Origin: Bacteroidota bacterium
GTDB taxonomy: Bacteria; Bacteroidota; Bacteroidia; AKYH767-A; OLB10
Length of the DNA: 64,000 bases
Reading direction: 5' to 3'
Assembly: GCA_016714005.1 (NCBI GenBank)
Contig: JADJOA010000009.1
Location: forward strand, 15,419 to 79,418
In this document: piece by piece, positions 1 through 11,343 of the stretch
Position numbering within the stretch: position 1 is the first letter of the stretch
Layout of the letters: every line of letters starts with the position of its first letter
Program-made: the position numbers and the translations under genes
The notes under the pieces: model-generated
The model's input: the letters and a program-made list of their open reading frames with translations, nothing else
Database searches by the model: none
Told to the model about the DNA's origin: nothing

Positions 1-1064
1 ATAATGGAACACGTTGTTCAATTGACAATAAAATATTAAGTGTTTTACTGAATGCATCATTAGCTGTATTTTGATCAGCATTACCGTTAGGATTTGAAGC
101 ATAACAATTGGCAATATATGCACCAGGTGCAGATGACACCCACGGGATACTGTGACTAAAACTGTAGCTAGCCAATGGTGCAATTGAAATTCCTGTTAAA
201 GGAGTTGTAACCACACTGCCACCGTTAATAGTGTAGTTTAAATCCAAACTATTAATAGTAGATACACCCAAATTTCTAATAATACCAGTTATGTTATTAC
301 TGCCAACAGGAAGATAAGGCGATGTAGTAATATCTGAAACAGTTAAATCGTAAGATGCTTGTGTACCTTGAATGAATTCATAATACTGATTGTCTATAGG
401 CAAAAAAATTTGTTCCTGAAAGATTGTTGATATTAGGTGATCCCAATACAGAAAGTGCAGATGTTGTATTATATTGTAAACCTATTGTTACCGATTGAGT
501 ACAAGCGCCATTTCTTTGATCAACAACATAAATTTTGTTTGTTGTTTCTTCAAGAACAATACTCCAATAAACATAGCATGTAGTACCAGGAGCAGTGTAA
601 GAAGAAAAGAAAATCCAATGCTGCCTGTTAGGAGCAGTACCAAAAGTTTTTGTGACAATTTCGTCATTAGTTCCATTGCCTGATATACCCCAGATCATTA
701 CAGAATTATTGGGAATAGTTGCATTAGGAATAGCGGCATTTGAATATGCAGGAACAGTTACAGCAGCCAAATCAAATGTTAAAACACCAGAAGTTGAAAC
801 CTTATATTGATTGTAATTATTACCATTAAAATTAAAAGAGAACGGAATATTTGAGGTATTTGACCATCTTGGGACTACTGCATCCCCAGTGTCAAGTCTC
901 GCCCAGCCGGTGGTCAATCCGCCACCGTAAGGATACTCAGAATCTACGTTCAACCCTCCTGGATTTTGTCCCGGGTTGTTTGTATAAGGTAAATAATAAT
1001 ACTGCGCATTTACAATTGTTGCAAAGCAAATCATTAAGAATAATAGTTGTGTAGCTTTTTTCAT
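1..1064 (-). CDS. Secreted protein, 3' end outside window. Signal peptide MKKATQLLFLMICFATIVNAQ. Frame break near 378-420 in an A-run. Likely T9SS cargo.
   Basis: ORF 378..1064 has an N-terminal signal peptide. The minus-strand translation of 1..377 continues as ...NITGIIRNLGVSTINSLDLNYTINGG... in a different frame. Confidence 0.5.
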
Positions 1065-1212
1065 TTGATAAGATTTTGTTTAAATTCCTTATGGAGTGGC
1101 GAATATAATATTTATTGAACACCAGTAAAGTGATTTTTCAACCCTCAATGTAAACTTTACGTCAACCATAAAATATTATCTTCGCCACCCGTCTTTAAAG
1201 AAATATTTAAGA

Positions 1213-3146
1213 ATGAAAATTACTTTCCCCGACAAAAACATAAGAGAATACCCACAAGGCACTTCTGCCCTTGAAATTGCCAAAAGCATAAGTGAAGGAC
1301 TTGCAAGAAATGTATTAGCAGCTAAAGTAAATGGCGAAGTGCGAGATTTAATGCGACCTATATTTGAAGATACAACTCTTGAACTTTTAACATGGGATAG
1401 TAAGGATGGAAAAAATACCATGTGGCATTCTTCTGCACACCTGATGGCGGAGGCTTTAGAATCTTTTTATCCCGGAATAAAATTTTGGGTAGGCCCTCCG
1501 GTTGACAATGGTTTTTATTATGATGTTGATTTGGGCGGGCAACAAATCTCCAGTGAAGATTTTAAAAAGATTGAGGACAAAATCCTGGAGCTTGCTCGTC
1601 AAAACAATCCTTATATACGTAAGGAAATGCCTAAAGCCGAAGCGGTAAAATATTTTACCGAAAAGGGCGATGAATACAAATTAGACTTGTTACAAAATTT
1701 AGAAGACGGAAATATTACTTTTTTACACGCAAGGAAATTTTACAGACCTGTGCCGTGGTCCACATATACCATCAACCGGAACTATAAAGGCTGTAACACT
1801 TACAACACTTGCCGGTGCTTACTGGAAAGGCGATGAAAAAAACAAACAGCTAACTCGCATTTACGGTATCACTTTTCCAAAACAGAAAGAATTGGATGAA
1901 TACCTCCGTATGCTGGAGGAGGCAAAAAAACGCGATCACCGTAAGTTAGGTAAAGAGTTAGACATATTTATGTTTGATGATGACGTAGGACCTGGCTTGG
2001 CGCTGTGGATGCCAAATGGAGCTGTTATAATTGAAGAGTTGGAAAAACTTGCAAAACGTACTGAACAAAAAGCCGGTTACAAGAGAGTAAAAACTCCGCA
2101 TCTTGCCAAAGAAAATATGTACCTCACAACAGGTCATTTGCCTTACTATGCCGAGAGTATGTTTCCACCTATGGAAATGGATGGCGAAAAATATTATCTC
2201 AAGCCTATGAACTGCCCGCATCACCATAAAATTTATGGAAACATGAATGCAAGCTACCGCGATTTGCCTATTCGTTTGGCAGAATATGGCACTTGTTACA
2301 GATACGAGCAATCGGGGGAGCTGTTTGGATTGATGCGCGTGCGTTCTTTGCAAATGAATGATGCACATATTTATTGCACCGAAGAACAATTTGCTGACGA
2401 GTTTAGGGCAGTTAACGAAATGTACCTCAACTATTTCAAAATTTTTGGGATAGAAAAATATGTAATGCGTTTCAGCACACATAGTGCCGAAAAACTGGGG
2501 AAAAAATACGTAGACAACGCAGTATTGTGGAAAAAGACCGAGGACATGGTTAGAAACGTATTGATAGATTCTAAAATCCCATATATAGAAGTTCCTGATG
2601 AAGCCGCTTTTTACGGCCCCAAAATAGATGTGCAGGTATGGAGCGCCATTGGCAGAGAGTTTACTTTGGCAACCAACCAGGTTGATTTTGCTATTCCTCC
2701 CCGGTTTAATCTTACTTATCGTGATAGCGATAACACAATGAAAACGCCTATATGCATACATCGTGCACCACTTGGTACGCATGAGCGCTTTATTGGATTT
2801 TTAATAGAACACTATGCCGGTAATTTTCCTTTGTGGTTATCGCCAAAACAAGTTGCCATTTACCTATCAGCGACAAGTTTAACGACTATGCACAAAACGT
2901 TTGCTCCTTATTGAATAATTACGATATTCGCGCCCTCGTTGATGAAAGGGGTGAAAGATTGGTCGCAAAATACGCGATGCAGAGGTGCAAAAGATTCCGT
3001 TTATGCTGATTGTTGGAGAAAAAGAAATGGCGGAAAACAAAGTATCTGTGCGTGAACATGGAAAAGGTGACACCGGCTCTATGACAATAGAAGAGTTCTC
3101 GAACCTTATTAACAGCGAGATAAAAAAACAATTGTTACTAAATTAA
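1213..3146 (+). CDS. thrS: Threonine--tRNA ligase (ThrRS). Frameshifted at about 1737 (TTTT run) and about 2880-2990.
   Basis: N-terminal TGS domain (MKITFPDKNIREYPQGTSALEIAKSIS). Class II core motifs (HRKLGKELD, MNCPHHHKIY, RVRSLQMNDAHIYC). The anticodon-binding C-terminus is recovered in shifted frames up to the TAA at 3144. Confidence 0.9.
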
Positions 3147-3201
3147 AACAGGAGGAAACATCACTACATTTCAAAAGCCCGGTGGAGGATTTAAAAAACC
3201 A

Positions 3202-3825
3202 ATGGGAACAGGGGGAGGAAGACCGTATGACAGGAGACTTCCACAAAAAAAAGTTGAAGAACATCGTATAAATGATAAAATACGAGTTCCGCAAGTAAGA
3301 TTAGTTGGTGAAAACGTTACTCAAGACGTTTACCCTACAACAATTGCATACCAAATGGCTCAGGATATGGGATTAGATTTGGTGGAGATTGTAGAAACCA
3401 GCACGCCTCCGGTTTGCAGAATTGTAGATTATCAGAAGTTTCTTTACGAAAAAAAGAAAAAGGAAAAAGAAGCAAAAGCAAAAACTTCAAAATCTGTTTT
3501 AAAAGAAATAAGGTTTGGACCAAATACAGATGATCATGATTTTAACTTCAAAGTAAAACATGCCATTAAGTTTTTGGAAGAAGGAGCAAAAGTTAAAGCA
3601 TACGTTCATTTTAAAGGAAGAAGCATTGCATACAAAGAAAAAGGTGAAATAATACTATTAAAATTTGCTCAGGCATTAGAAGAATACGGAAAAGTAGAAT
3701 TGTTACCAAAGTTAGAAGGCAACAGAATGTTTTTACACCTGATGCCTTTACCAAAAAAAGAAATAATTACATTAATAATAAATAAAAATACCCATGCCAG
3801 TAATAAAGACAAATTCCAGTGCTAA
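3202..3825 (+). CDS. infC: Translation initiation factor IF-3. The 3' end probably lies earlier, since there is a possible indel in an A7 run near 3755.
   Basis: INDKIRVPQVRLVGENVTQDVYPTTIAYQMAQDMGLDLVEI... is a typical IF3 sequence. Position matches the thrS-infC-rpmI-rplT operon. Confidence 0.85.
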   Translation: MGTGGGRPYDRRLPQKKVEEHRINDKIRVPQVRLVGENVTQDVYPTTIAYQMAQDMGLDLVEIVETSTPPVCRIVDYQKFLYEKKKKEKEAKAKTSKSVLKEIRFGPNTDDHDFNFKVKHAIKFLEEGAKVKAYVHFKGRSIAYKEKGEIILLKFAQALEEYGKVELLPKLEGNRMFLHLMPLPKKEIITLIINKNTHASNKDKFQC

Positions 3826-3991
3826 AAGAGGTTTAAAGTAACCGGTACCGGAAAAATTAAAAGAAAAAAAGGCTTTTAAGCGTCATATCTTAACCAAGAA
3901 AGAAACATCTCGCAAACGCGAACTTTCTAAACCAGGGTTGGTGCATGAAAGAGATGAGTACAGAGTTAAAAGAATGTTGGTGCAGTCTTAG
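3794..3991 (+). CDS. rpmI: 50S ribosomal protein L35, with two homopolymer frame breaks.
   Basis: [64 protein letters not shown] is recovered across three frames. Confidence 0.8.
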
Positions 3992-4109
3992 TGCTGCAAA
4001 GCAGATTTCTTTAATTCAATAAAGTAAAAATTCAATAATTATTATAACCAGGTAAAAAGCGACTAAGATTCCATTGCGATGGAACGCTTTAGCTAAAAAC
4101 AAAAACAAA

Positions 4110-4454
4110 ATGCCACGTTCGGTCAATTCGGTAGCGTCAAAAGCAAGACGCAAAAAACTCCTCAAACTTGCTAAAGGTAATTGGGGTGCAAGAGGTAATG
4201 TTTTAACAGTTGCCAAACATACTGTTGAAAAAGGTTTGCAGTATTCTTACAGAGACAGAAAAAACAAAAAGCGCACCTTTCGCGGATTATGGATTCAGCG
4301 TATTAACGCAGCAGTGCGTGAGCACGGAATGAGTTACAGCGAGTTTATGGGTAAATTGCATAAAAGCGATGCAACCTTAAATCGTAAAGTGTTGGCTGAT
4401 TTAGCACTGAACAATCCTGAAGCATTTAAAGCAGTAATTGAATCTGTAAAATAA
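4110..4454 (+). CDS. rplT: 50S ribosomal protein L20.
   Basis: [68 protein letters not shown]... matches L20. Confidence 0.93.
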   Translation: MPRSVNSVASKARRKKLLKLAKGNWGARGNVLTVAKHTVEKGLQYSYRDRKNKKRTFRGLWIQRINAAVREHGMSYSEFMGKLHKSDATLNRKVLADLALNNPEAFKAVIESVK

Positions 4455-4477
4455 ATTCTATCTTATTAAAAACTTTA

Positions 4478-4508
4478 AAGGTTGCCCTTAGGGCAGCCTT
4501 TTTTATTT
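4478..4508 (+). terminator. Rho-independent terminator of the thrS-infC-rpmI-rplT operon.
   Basis: GGTTGCCC-TTAG-GGCAGCC hairpin followed by TTTTTTATTTT. Confidence 0.7.
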
Positions 4509-4540
4509 TCCTAAAATTGCAAATTCATAGATTGAATTAA

Positions 4541-5014
4541 ATGACATTATCAGAGTCAATAGCAAAACATTTAAGGGAGGTATTTTTTGGTGGCAACTGG
4601 ACCTATATAAATTTAAAAGACACGTTAAATAATGTAGATTTAAAAATTGCAACTAAGAAAATGGAAGGGTTTAATTCGATAGCTGCACTAACATTTCATA
4701 TTGGTTACTATATTACTGCTGTATTAAAAGTTTTGCAGGGTGAGAAACTGAATGCAAGTGACAAATACAGTTTTGATGTTCCACCAATCAGAACAGAACA
4801 TGAATGGAGGCAATTTGTAACCAAAATTTTTGAAGATGCGGAAGCATTTGCAAACTTAGTCGAACAAATGCCTGATGAAAAAATTTTAGAAGATTTTCCG
4901 GAAAATAAGTATGGAAGTTACTACAGAAATCTTAGTGGTATAATTGAGCATACGCATTATCACTTGGGACAAATAGTAATTCTTAAGAAAATTGTTACAC
5001 AAGAAGTAAAATAA
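4541..5014 (+). CDS. DinB/YfiT-like (DinB_2) metal-dependent hydrolase superfamily protein.
   Basis: 157 aa. C-terminal HTHYHLGQIVILKK is the DinB_2-like His motif. Uninterrupted ORF. Confidence 0.5.
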   Translation: MTLSESIAKHLREVFFGGNWTYINLKDTLNNVDLKIATKKMEGFNSIAALTFHIGYYITAVLKVLQGEKLNASDKYSFDVPPIRTEHEWRQFVTKIFEDAEAFANLVEQMPDEKILEDFPENKYGSYYRNLSGIIEHTHYHLGQIVILKKIVTQEVK

Positions 5015-5022
5015 AAAACTTC

Positions 5023-5630
5023 TCAACTTTTAAAAGCAGTTTCAAGCAAATCCCTAATTGAGTTGTAAGAATTGCTTAATGCAAAGTCAACCTCCCTCCT
5101 GCTCATCCACTTTGCATCAGTAATATCTTCTTCGGTTTGAATTTTAAATCCGCTAAAACTGCTACAATACATATCGTACCAAAAAGTGCGTTTTAAAATG
5201 GGTTTGCTTTTATGAGTATATGTATGATACATTTCGTAAGGTACATCGTTGGTAATTTTCAAATCGCATACACCTGTTTCTTCACACACTTCCCTAACAG
5301 CAGCTTCTTGAGGAAATTCATCTTTCTCAATTTTCCCTTTTGGCAAATCCCATTTACCAAGGCGCTGTATCATTAACAACTTGGCATCGCGGTTTTTCAC
5401 AAATCCGCCTGCTGCTTCCATAATAGTAAAACCAGTACTGAAGTTATTCCATGCTTTTTCAAGAGAAGATGTAATAGCAATCAATCCAAATTGCTCAGCT
5501 TTACAGCACTCATCAACTCGGCACAGGTAAACATATCTTTTTGCATTACTCTTAGGCTTGGCCAGTGGGTGCTCTTAGCTGCGGAATCATCTAAAATCAA
5601 AATTTTATTGTCAATAAAAACCTTATACAT
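5023..5630 (-). CDS. NUDIX hydrolase with a roughly 50-aa N-terminal extension. Frameshift near 5485.
   Basis: Nudix box GKIEKDEFPQEAAVREVCEETGV. Upstream in another frame the sequence reads MYKVFIDNKILILDDSAAKS... Confidence 0.6.
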
Positions 5631-5740
5631 TACTGGCAAATATACTATGCGGCTAATTAAGCATAGAATTAAATTTTAAAAAAATAAAATTTGAAGCAGC
5701 GTTTTGTTAAAACAAAGCATCTACCCAGCACAACCAGTTT

Positions 5741-6252
5741 ATGACTGAAGCTGAAATTGTTTCTGCATGCCTAAGAGGAGACAGCAAATACGAATGGGCG
5801 CTGTATGAAAAATATGCCCCCCGTATGTATGCTGTGTGCCTCAGGTATGCAAATCGTAAAGAAGAAGCTCAGGATTTTTTGCAAGAAGGATTTATTAAAG
5901 TGTTTGAAAACCTTAAGAGCTACAGAGGTGATGGTTCGCTTGAGGGATGGATAAGAAGAATTATTGTGAATGTAATTCTAAAGTCATTTCGTAAAAGGCT
6001 TACAAAATGGAAGTGCGCGAAACTTATCTTGAGCCAACTGCCACGACTACTGATGCCTTAAGCAAGTTGTCTGAAAAAGAACTTTGTCAGATGATAAACG
6101 AATTACCGGAAGGTTACAAACTTGTATTCAATCTATATGTAATTGAAGGTTTCTCACATAAAGAAATTGCAACAGAGCTTAAAATAAATGAAAGTACTTC
6201 TCGCTCACAGTTAGCAAAGGCAAGAAACATGCTACAGCAAAAAATTAGTTGA
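5741..6252 (+). CDS. RNA polymerase ECF-type sigma-70 factor. Frameshift near 6000.
   Basis: Region 2 (ALYEKYAPRMYAVCLRYANRKEEAQDFLQEGFIKVFENL) and region 4 HTH (LPEGYKLVFNLYVIEGFSHKEIATELKINESTSRSQLAKARN) are split over two overlapping ORFs. Confidence 0.85.
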
Positions 6253-6275
6253 ACAGAAAATTATGTTATTAAATA

Positions 6276-7702
6276 ATGAATAACGAAGAATATTTTGACA
6301 AAGAGGTAAAAGCTAAGGCCGAAAGGCATGCTGAAGTTCCGCCCCAGGAAGTATGGGAAAGGATAAGAGAAAAAAGAAAAAAGCGTTTTGTTCCATTTTG
6401 GTTTTCTATTAATGAGAACAAGTTGATTTTTTCTATAGCTCTGTTGACAGTACTTGCGGGCGGGGTTATTTATCAAAACATCAACAAACAAACAGGCAAT
6501 AATCCCATAATAATTGATTCTGAAAAAATCAGTGGTTAATAGCAATTCATCCAAGAAAATGAAAAAAAAATGAAAGTGCTAAGATTCAAAACTTGGCATT
6601 AAAACAAATGAAATCTCTACTTCTAATACAGAAAACTACAACCAATCTAAAGCATGCTCACCCCAAAAAGGAAATAACTCCACAACAATTTATTAATTGC
6701 TGAAATAAAACCACCTATTGCAGACCAGCATACCTCACAACAAAAAGATATTATTAAAAACTCGTATGTAAAACCAGAATTAAATGAAGTTGAAAACACA
6801 ATGCCAAAGACTCAATTGTAAATTTAACCGGAGAAGAAAATGGTGTGCTAACAATACAAGACAGTTTGTTACTGGCAACAAAAACTAACGAATTATTGTT
6901 TGATAACGACAGTGCATCTGTAAACATTAAGTCTGATTCTTCTTTAACAACTCCTCCACCCGTTACAGATTCCTTAAACACAAAATGGAGCGTTGAAATA
7001 ATGTATGGCTATGATATAATACAGAATAAGTTTTCTGCTGCTAACGGAAATCAAAACTATTTTAACATTTTAAATGAGCAGGAAAAAATAAATAATGGTT
7101 TTAGCATGAGCTTAAAAGTGGGTTATAATTTAAACCCTCGTTTAAAAATAAAAAGTGGTTTTTCTTATTCGTATCTCTCATCAACATTTAATTATGAATA
7201 TGTGGAGAGAACAATTGCCACTTACACTGGAATGATTAACGCCTACATCATTTCACCTTTTAATCCGCCACAACAAATAACATTTTACGGAACTCGAATT
7301 GATACTTTAGAAATGAGTTATGCTTTTAATCACTCTAAAAAATTCAAATACTACAACATACCGCTTACTGTAAATTATTATTTGCCTGTAAAGAAATTTA
7401 AATTGGGTGCAGGTGCAGGTATTGGTTTCAATTTAGTAACCGAAGTAACTGGAGAGTATTTGCAAAGTGATTTAAAAACAGAATCTGAATTAAACAATAA
7501 TGGTCAATCTCCTTATAAAAGCAGTTACAGATTTTATGGAATAGGAAATATTTCTGTTTGCTTTCAGTTGAACAAAAAAATTTATTTGATGGCAGAACCT
7601 GAATTAAGAATTCCTCTTTCAACCATTACAAAAACAGATGCAGAGATTAAACAAAAAATTAATACACTTAGTTTGCAGACCGGAGTTGGAATTAATTTTT
7701 AA
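6276..7702 (+). CDS. Putative anti-sigma factor (N-terminal single-TM region) fused or linked to an outer-membrane beta-barrel domain. Multiple frame breaks between 6540 and 6845.
   Basis: It lies immediately downstream of the ECF sigma. Residues 1-87 contain one TM segment (LIFSIALLTVLAGGVIY). The ORF at 6845..7702 has alternating beta-strand character and ends in ...LSLQTGVGINF, the C-terminal Phe typical of outer-membrane beta-barrels. Confidence 0.5.
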
Positions 7703-7705
7703 AAA

Positions 7706-7736
7706 ACCTGTGACCCGAAGTTTCGGGTCACAGGTT
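7706..7736. terminator. Perfect 14-bp stem hairpin downstream of the beta-barrel gene; a putative terminator.
   Basis: ACCTGTGACCCGAA-GTTT-CGGGTCACAGGT. A T-run lies on the 5' side and a weak A/T tract on the 3' side. Confidence 0.5.
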
Positions 7737-7864
7737 AAAAGCCCTGCCATTCGGAGAGGGTTGGGTGGTTTTTTTTCCGTCTATGTTAAAAAAATAAACA
7801 ACCAAAGCAGCGTTTAAAAAACTGACGGCATCTTGTAATCATAAACCAATAAAATCTAATTAAA

Positions 7865-9469
7865 ATGAGACAGAAAAACTTACTCAGAAGAATTGCATGT
7901 GCAGTTATTGGATTAACTACTTCTTTATCTACACAAGCTCAATTTACAGGTTTGGGAGAATTAAACATTAACAATGTTCGTGCGCAATTAAGGTCTGATG
8001 GCGGAATGTTTTGGGATTATAGCAATCCTCAGTTTGAAGTACCATTTGGCTCCGGCAAATCAACAATATTTGCTGGAGGTGTTTGGATTGGTGGGTACGA
8101 TCAATTGGGCCAAATACATGCTGCTGCTCAAACATATAGGCAAGCGGGCAGTCAAGACTTTTGGCCAGGTCCACTTGATACAATTAATGCTACAGCTGCC
8201 AATCCAGCATTGTGGGACCAGGTTTGGGAAATATCAAAATCAGAAATTGATAACCATATTTTAAACTGGAATCAGGCAGGATATGTAATTCCACAATCTA
8301 TACTTGACTGGCCTGCCAATGCGCCTTCTGGAACTAATTATTCAAAAGTGCTAGCTCCTTTTGTTGACATTAATGGAAACCAAATTTATGAGCCACTAAT
8401 TGGAGAGTTCCCATACATACAAGGTGACCAAGCACTGTATTTTATTTATAATGATAACTATGCAGCCCATACTGAAACAGGTTGCAACGCTATGCGTATT
8501 GAGGTGCACGGTATGGCTTATGAATTCAATAATACAGCCGATCCAGCAATTAATAACACCGTTTTTTTACGATTAGAAATTGGTAATCGCTCAAATATTT
8601 CTTACGACTCCGTTTACGTAGGGCTTTGGACAGATTTTGATATTGGCGATTATAGTGATGATTATGTTGGAACTGATGTTGGCAGAAGCATGTATTACGG
8701 TTTCAATGCTGATGCTGATGATGGAAATTGTCCTGGCTGCTATGGATTGACCCCGCCCGCGCAAGGTGTAATATTTTTAAATCAACCGTTGACAACATCT
8801 GTTTACTATGACAACATAAACATGGTTCCTACTGGTAATCCTGATGTTTGCGATGATTATTATCAGTATTTATCAGGATCGTGGGCTGATGGAACACGCT
8901 GGACTTATGGTGGCAATGGATACAATCCAGGAAGTTTTGATTATTGCAATTATTTATTTCCTGATACAACTGACCCAGCATACCCCGGCAATGTTTGGAC
9001 AATGGGAAGTGCAGGAGTACCCCCAACCGATATTAGAATAGCTGGCGCCAGCTACTATACTCAACTCCCCGCTGGTGGCAGCATTGTATTAGATGCCGCT
9101 TATACATTTGCTATGGCAAACCCAAGCGGTCCACTAACAAGTGTTCAATTACTTCAGTATTATGCCGATCAGTTACGTCTTGCTTATAACAATGGCACCT
9201 TACCTGTAAACAACATACAAGCTACCAATAATCAATTTATAATTTCTCCTAATCCGGTAACAAATCAATCTCTTATTACATTTAATAATCCATCAGGAGA
9301 TTCTTTTTCTTTTGAATTGTTTGATATGACAGGCAAAAAAGTTTTTGAAGTAAGTAATATCAAAGGAAATAAGTTTTTATTGACAAAGAGGCCATCTTAC
9401 AACAGGTATATATATTGGAAAATTGAATTCAGAAAAAAGCATGGTTACTCAAAAAATTTGTATCCGTTA
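7865..9469 (+). CDS. Secreted protein with a T9SS C-terminal sorting domain and unknown function. Frameshift near 9390.
   Basis: Signal peptide MRQKNLLRRIACAVIGLTTSLSTQAQ. Por-type CTD (ISPNPVTNQSLITFNN...FELFDMTGKKVFEV) and the tail ...GIYIGKLNSEKSMVTQKICIR are recovered in a shifted frame. Confidence 0.7.
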
Positions 9470-9599
9470 AAGATGTAAAATGAAAATTGTCACCCACATA
9501 TGTAAAATCAACCTTATAAAATTGTTGGCTATTAGCTTGTTGTTAATTGGTCAGATATTGATGATGATTGAAATTAGTTGCAAAATCCATTAGATTAGA

Positions 9600-10029
9600 A
9601 AATATACTGCTCCATTGCTGTTAGTCAGTATGTAGCTGTTATTGAAAATCCAGATTCAGCTTTAGGCAGTCTCAATTATAACAGAAATGCAATATCATTA
9701 GCTGGTAGTACATGCCTTGAAGGATTACCAAATTTTGTATCAAGCAATTACTTAAACGATGTGGCAGAGTTGTATTCGCTTAATGACACTTATAATGTTT
9801 GGAGCAATAGAATTACCGGACAAAGTTCAATAACCATAAAAGAAGCAGGAACATATTCAGTAATTTTAACCAACCAGTTTAATTGCAGAAGAACTAAAAG
9901 TTGGATATGTCAGAAAAATGCCCTGAAACTTTTTATTTGGCTGCGGCATTTACTCCAAATAACGATGCTAAAAATGATACTTGGGAAGCAATGTTGAGGT
10001 ACGACAAGTATAAAGTTATCGGTTTATAA
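9600..10029 (+). pseudogene. Orphan C-terminal fragment of a gliding-motility-associated (T9SS type B) CTD protein. No N-terminal body is present, and it contains an internal frame break.
   Basis: Translation ...YVAVIENPDSALGSLNYNRNAISLAGSTCLEGLPNFVSS...EAGTYSVILTNQFNC / CPETFYLAAAFTPNNDAKNDTWEAML.YDKYKVIGL, with the type-B CTD signature FTPNNDxKND. Confidence 0.45.
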
Positions 10030-10289
10030 CAGATAGGAACAAAAAATATTTGAAACTATCAATCCTTACTTTAAATGAAATGACAAATTTCAAAACTAGA
10101 TTTTAAGCAACAGAGTTTATTTATATATTGTTAAAATAATCAGAGATAAATAAACCTGTGTTTTAAACATACCTGTGACAGTTTAAGGTAAATTAAAATC
10201 ATCCAAGATCCGCGGCCTTTATAATTTCAAATATTGGATTGCGCCCTCAGTTTTTTAAATTTTAAAAAAATAATTTACTATTGTAACGT

Positions 10290-10927
10290 ATGCAAGATGA
10301 TACATCCTCTAACGTTGCCGAATTTTTACTGCAGGTAAAAGCTATCAAATTACAACCCGATAATCCTTTTACATGGGCATCCGGTTGGAAATCGCCAATT
10401 TACTGCGATAACCGTATCGCACTTTCTCATCCACGAATACGCACTTATATTAGGCAGGAATTTGTAAAAGCTATAGAAAAATATTATGGCAGGCCCGACA
10501 TGATTGCTGCAGTTGCAACCGGTGCAATTGCCAAGGAGCTTTGGTTGCAGAAGCAATGGGATTACCTCTTGTATATGTAAGACCCACACCCAAAGAGCAT
10601 GGTACTAAAAACCAAATTGAAGGCGAGGCAAAACCAAATCATTCTTGTGTTGTGATTGAAGATTTGGTTTCAACCGGCAAAAGCAGCTTAAGCGCTGTTG
10701 ATGCTTTACGCAAACACAATGTGGTTGTTAAAGGAATGGTGTGTGCTTTTAATTATGGCTTTGATGTGGCAGCAGAAAATTTTAAAAAAGCAGGTGTACC
10801 ACTTTATTCATTGAGTAACTACGAGTCGCTGTTAAAAAAGGCGGTTGCTTCAAAATACATTACCGAAAACCAAGTAGAAACTTTGCAGCAATGGAGAGAA
10901 AATCCTGCTGAGTGGAAAAAGAAATAA
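10290..10927 (+). CDS. pyrE: Orotate phosphoribosyltransferase. Frameshift near 10560.
   Basis: PRPP-binding motif VVIEDLVSTGKSSLSAVDAL. The overall OPRTase-like sequence is split into two overlapping ORFs. Confidence 0.85.
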
Positions 10928-10938
10928 TATTTTAAGAC

Positions 10939-11280
10939 ATGACAAAAATTGAATCGGAAGAAGCCGTAATAAACAGACCTGCATCAGAAATTTATAATTT
11001 CCTATCGGACTTTAACAACTTTAAAAGCATAATGCCCGAACAAGTGGTTGACTGGAAAAGTACAGAAAACGATTGCTCTTTTACTATTAAAGGTATGGCA
11101 AGTTTAGGAATGGAGTTTGAAGAAAAAGTTCCTGCTTCACTCATTAAAATAAAACAAAAAGGAAAAGCTCCTTTTGATTTCACCATTCATTGCATGTTGG
11201 ATCAGGCGACTGAAAACAGCACCAAACTTAAACTTGCAATGGATGCTGATCTTAATCCTTTTTTTGAAAATGATGGCTGA
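10939..11280 (+). CDS. SRPBCC (START/polyketide-cyclase-like) domain protein.
   Basis: 113 aa with the N-terminus MTKIESEEAVINRPASEIYNFLSDFNNFKSIMPE, typical of SRPBCC ligand-binding proteins. Confidence 0.45.
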   Translation: MTKIESEEAVINRPASEIYNFLSDFNNFKSIMPEQVVDWKSTENDCSFTIKGMASLGMEFEEKVPASLIKIKQKGKAPFDFTIHCMLDQATENSTKLKLAMDADLNPFFENDG

Positions 11281-11343
11281 AAAACCATTGAAAAAATTTT
11301 TAGACACATTGGTTGCAGGCTATCAAAAAATTAATTGATAGAG

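Noticed and set aside
1958-2782. 274-aa antisense ORF across thrS.
   Set aside because: It lies opposite the conserved class II aaRS core and its composition is not protein-like.
5491-5679. 62-aa plus-strand ORF between the NUDIX and sigma genes.
   Set aside because: It overlaps the shifted-frame N-terminal extension of the NUDIX gene on the opposite strand and has no coding signature.
10030-10289. ACCTGTG-containing short repeats resembling the hairpin at 7706.
   Set aside because: Only a 9-nt shared core and no convincing stem-loop. Likely coincidental in AT-rich intergenic DNA.
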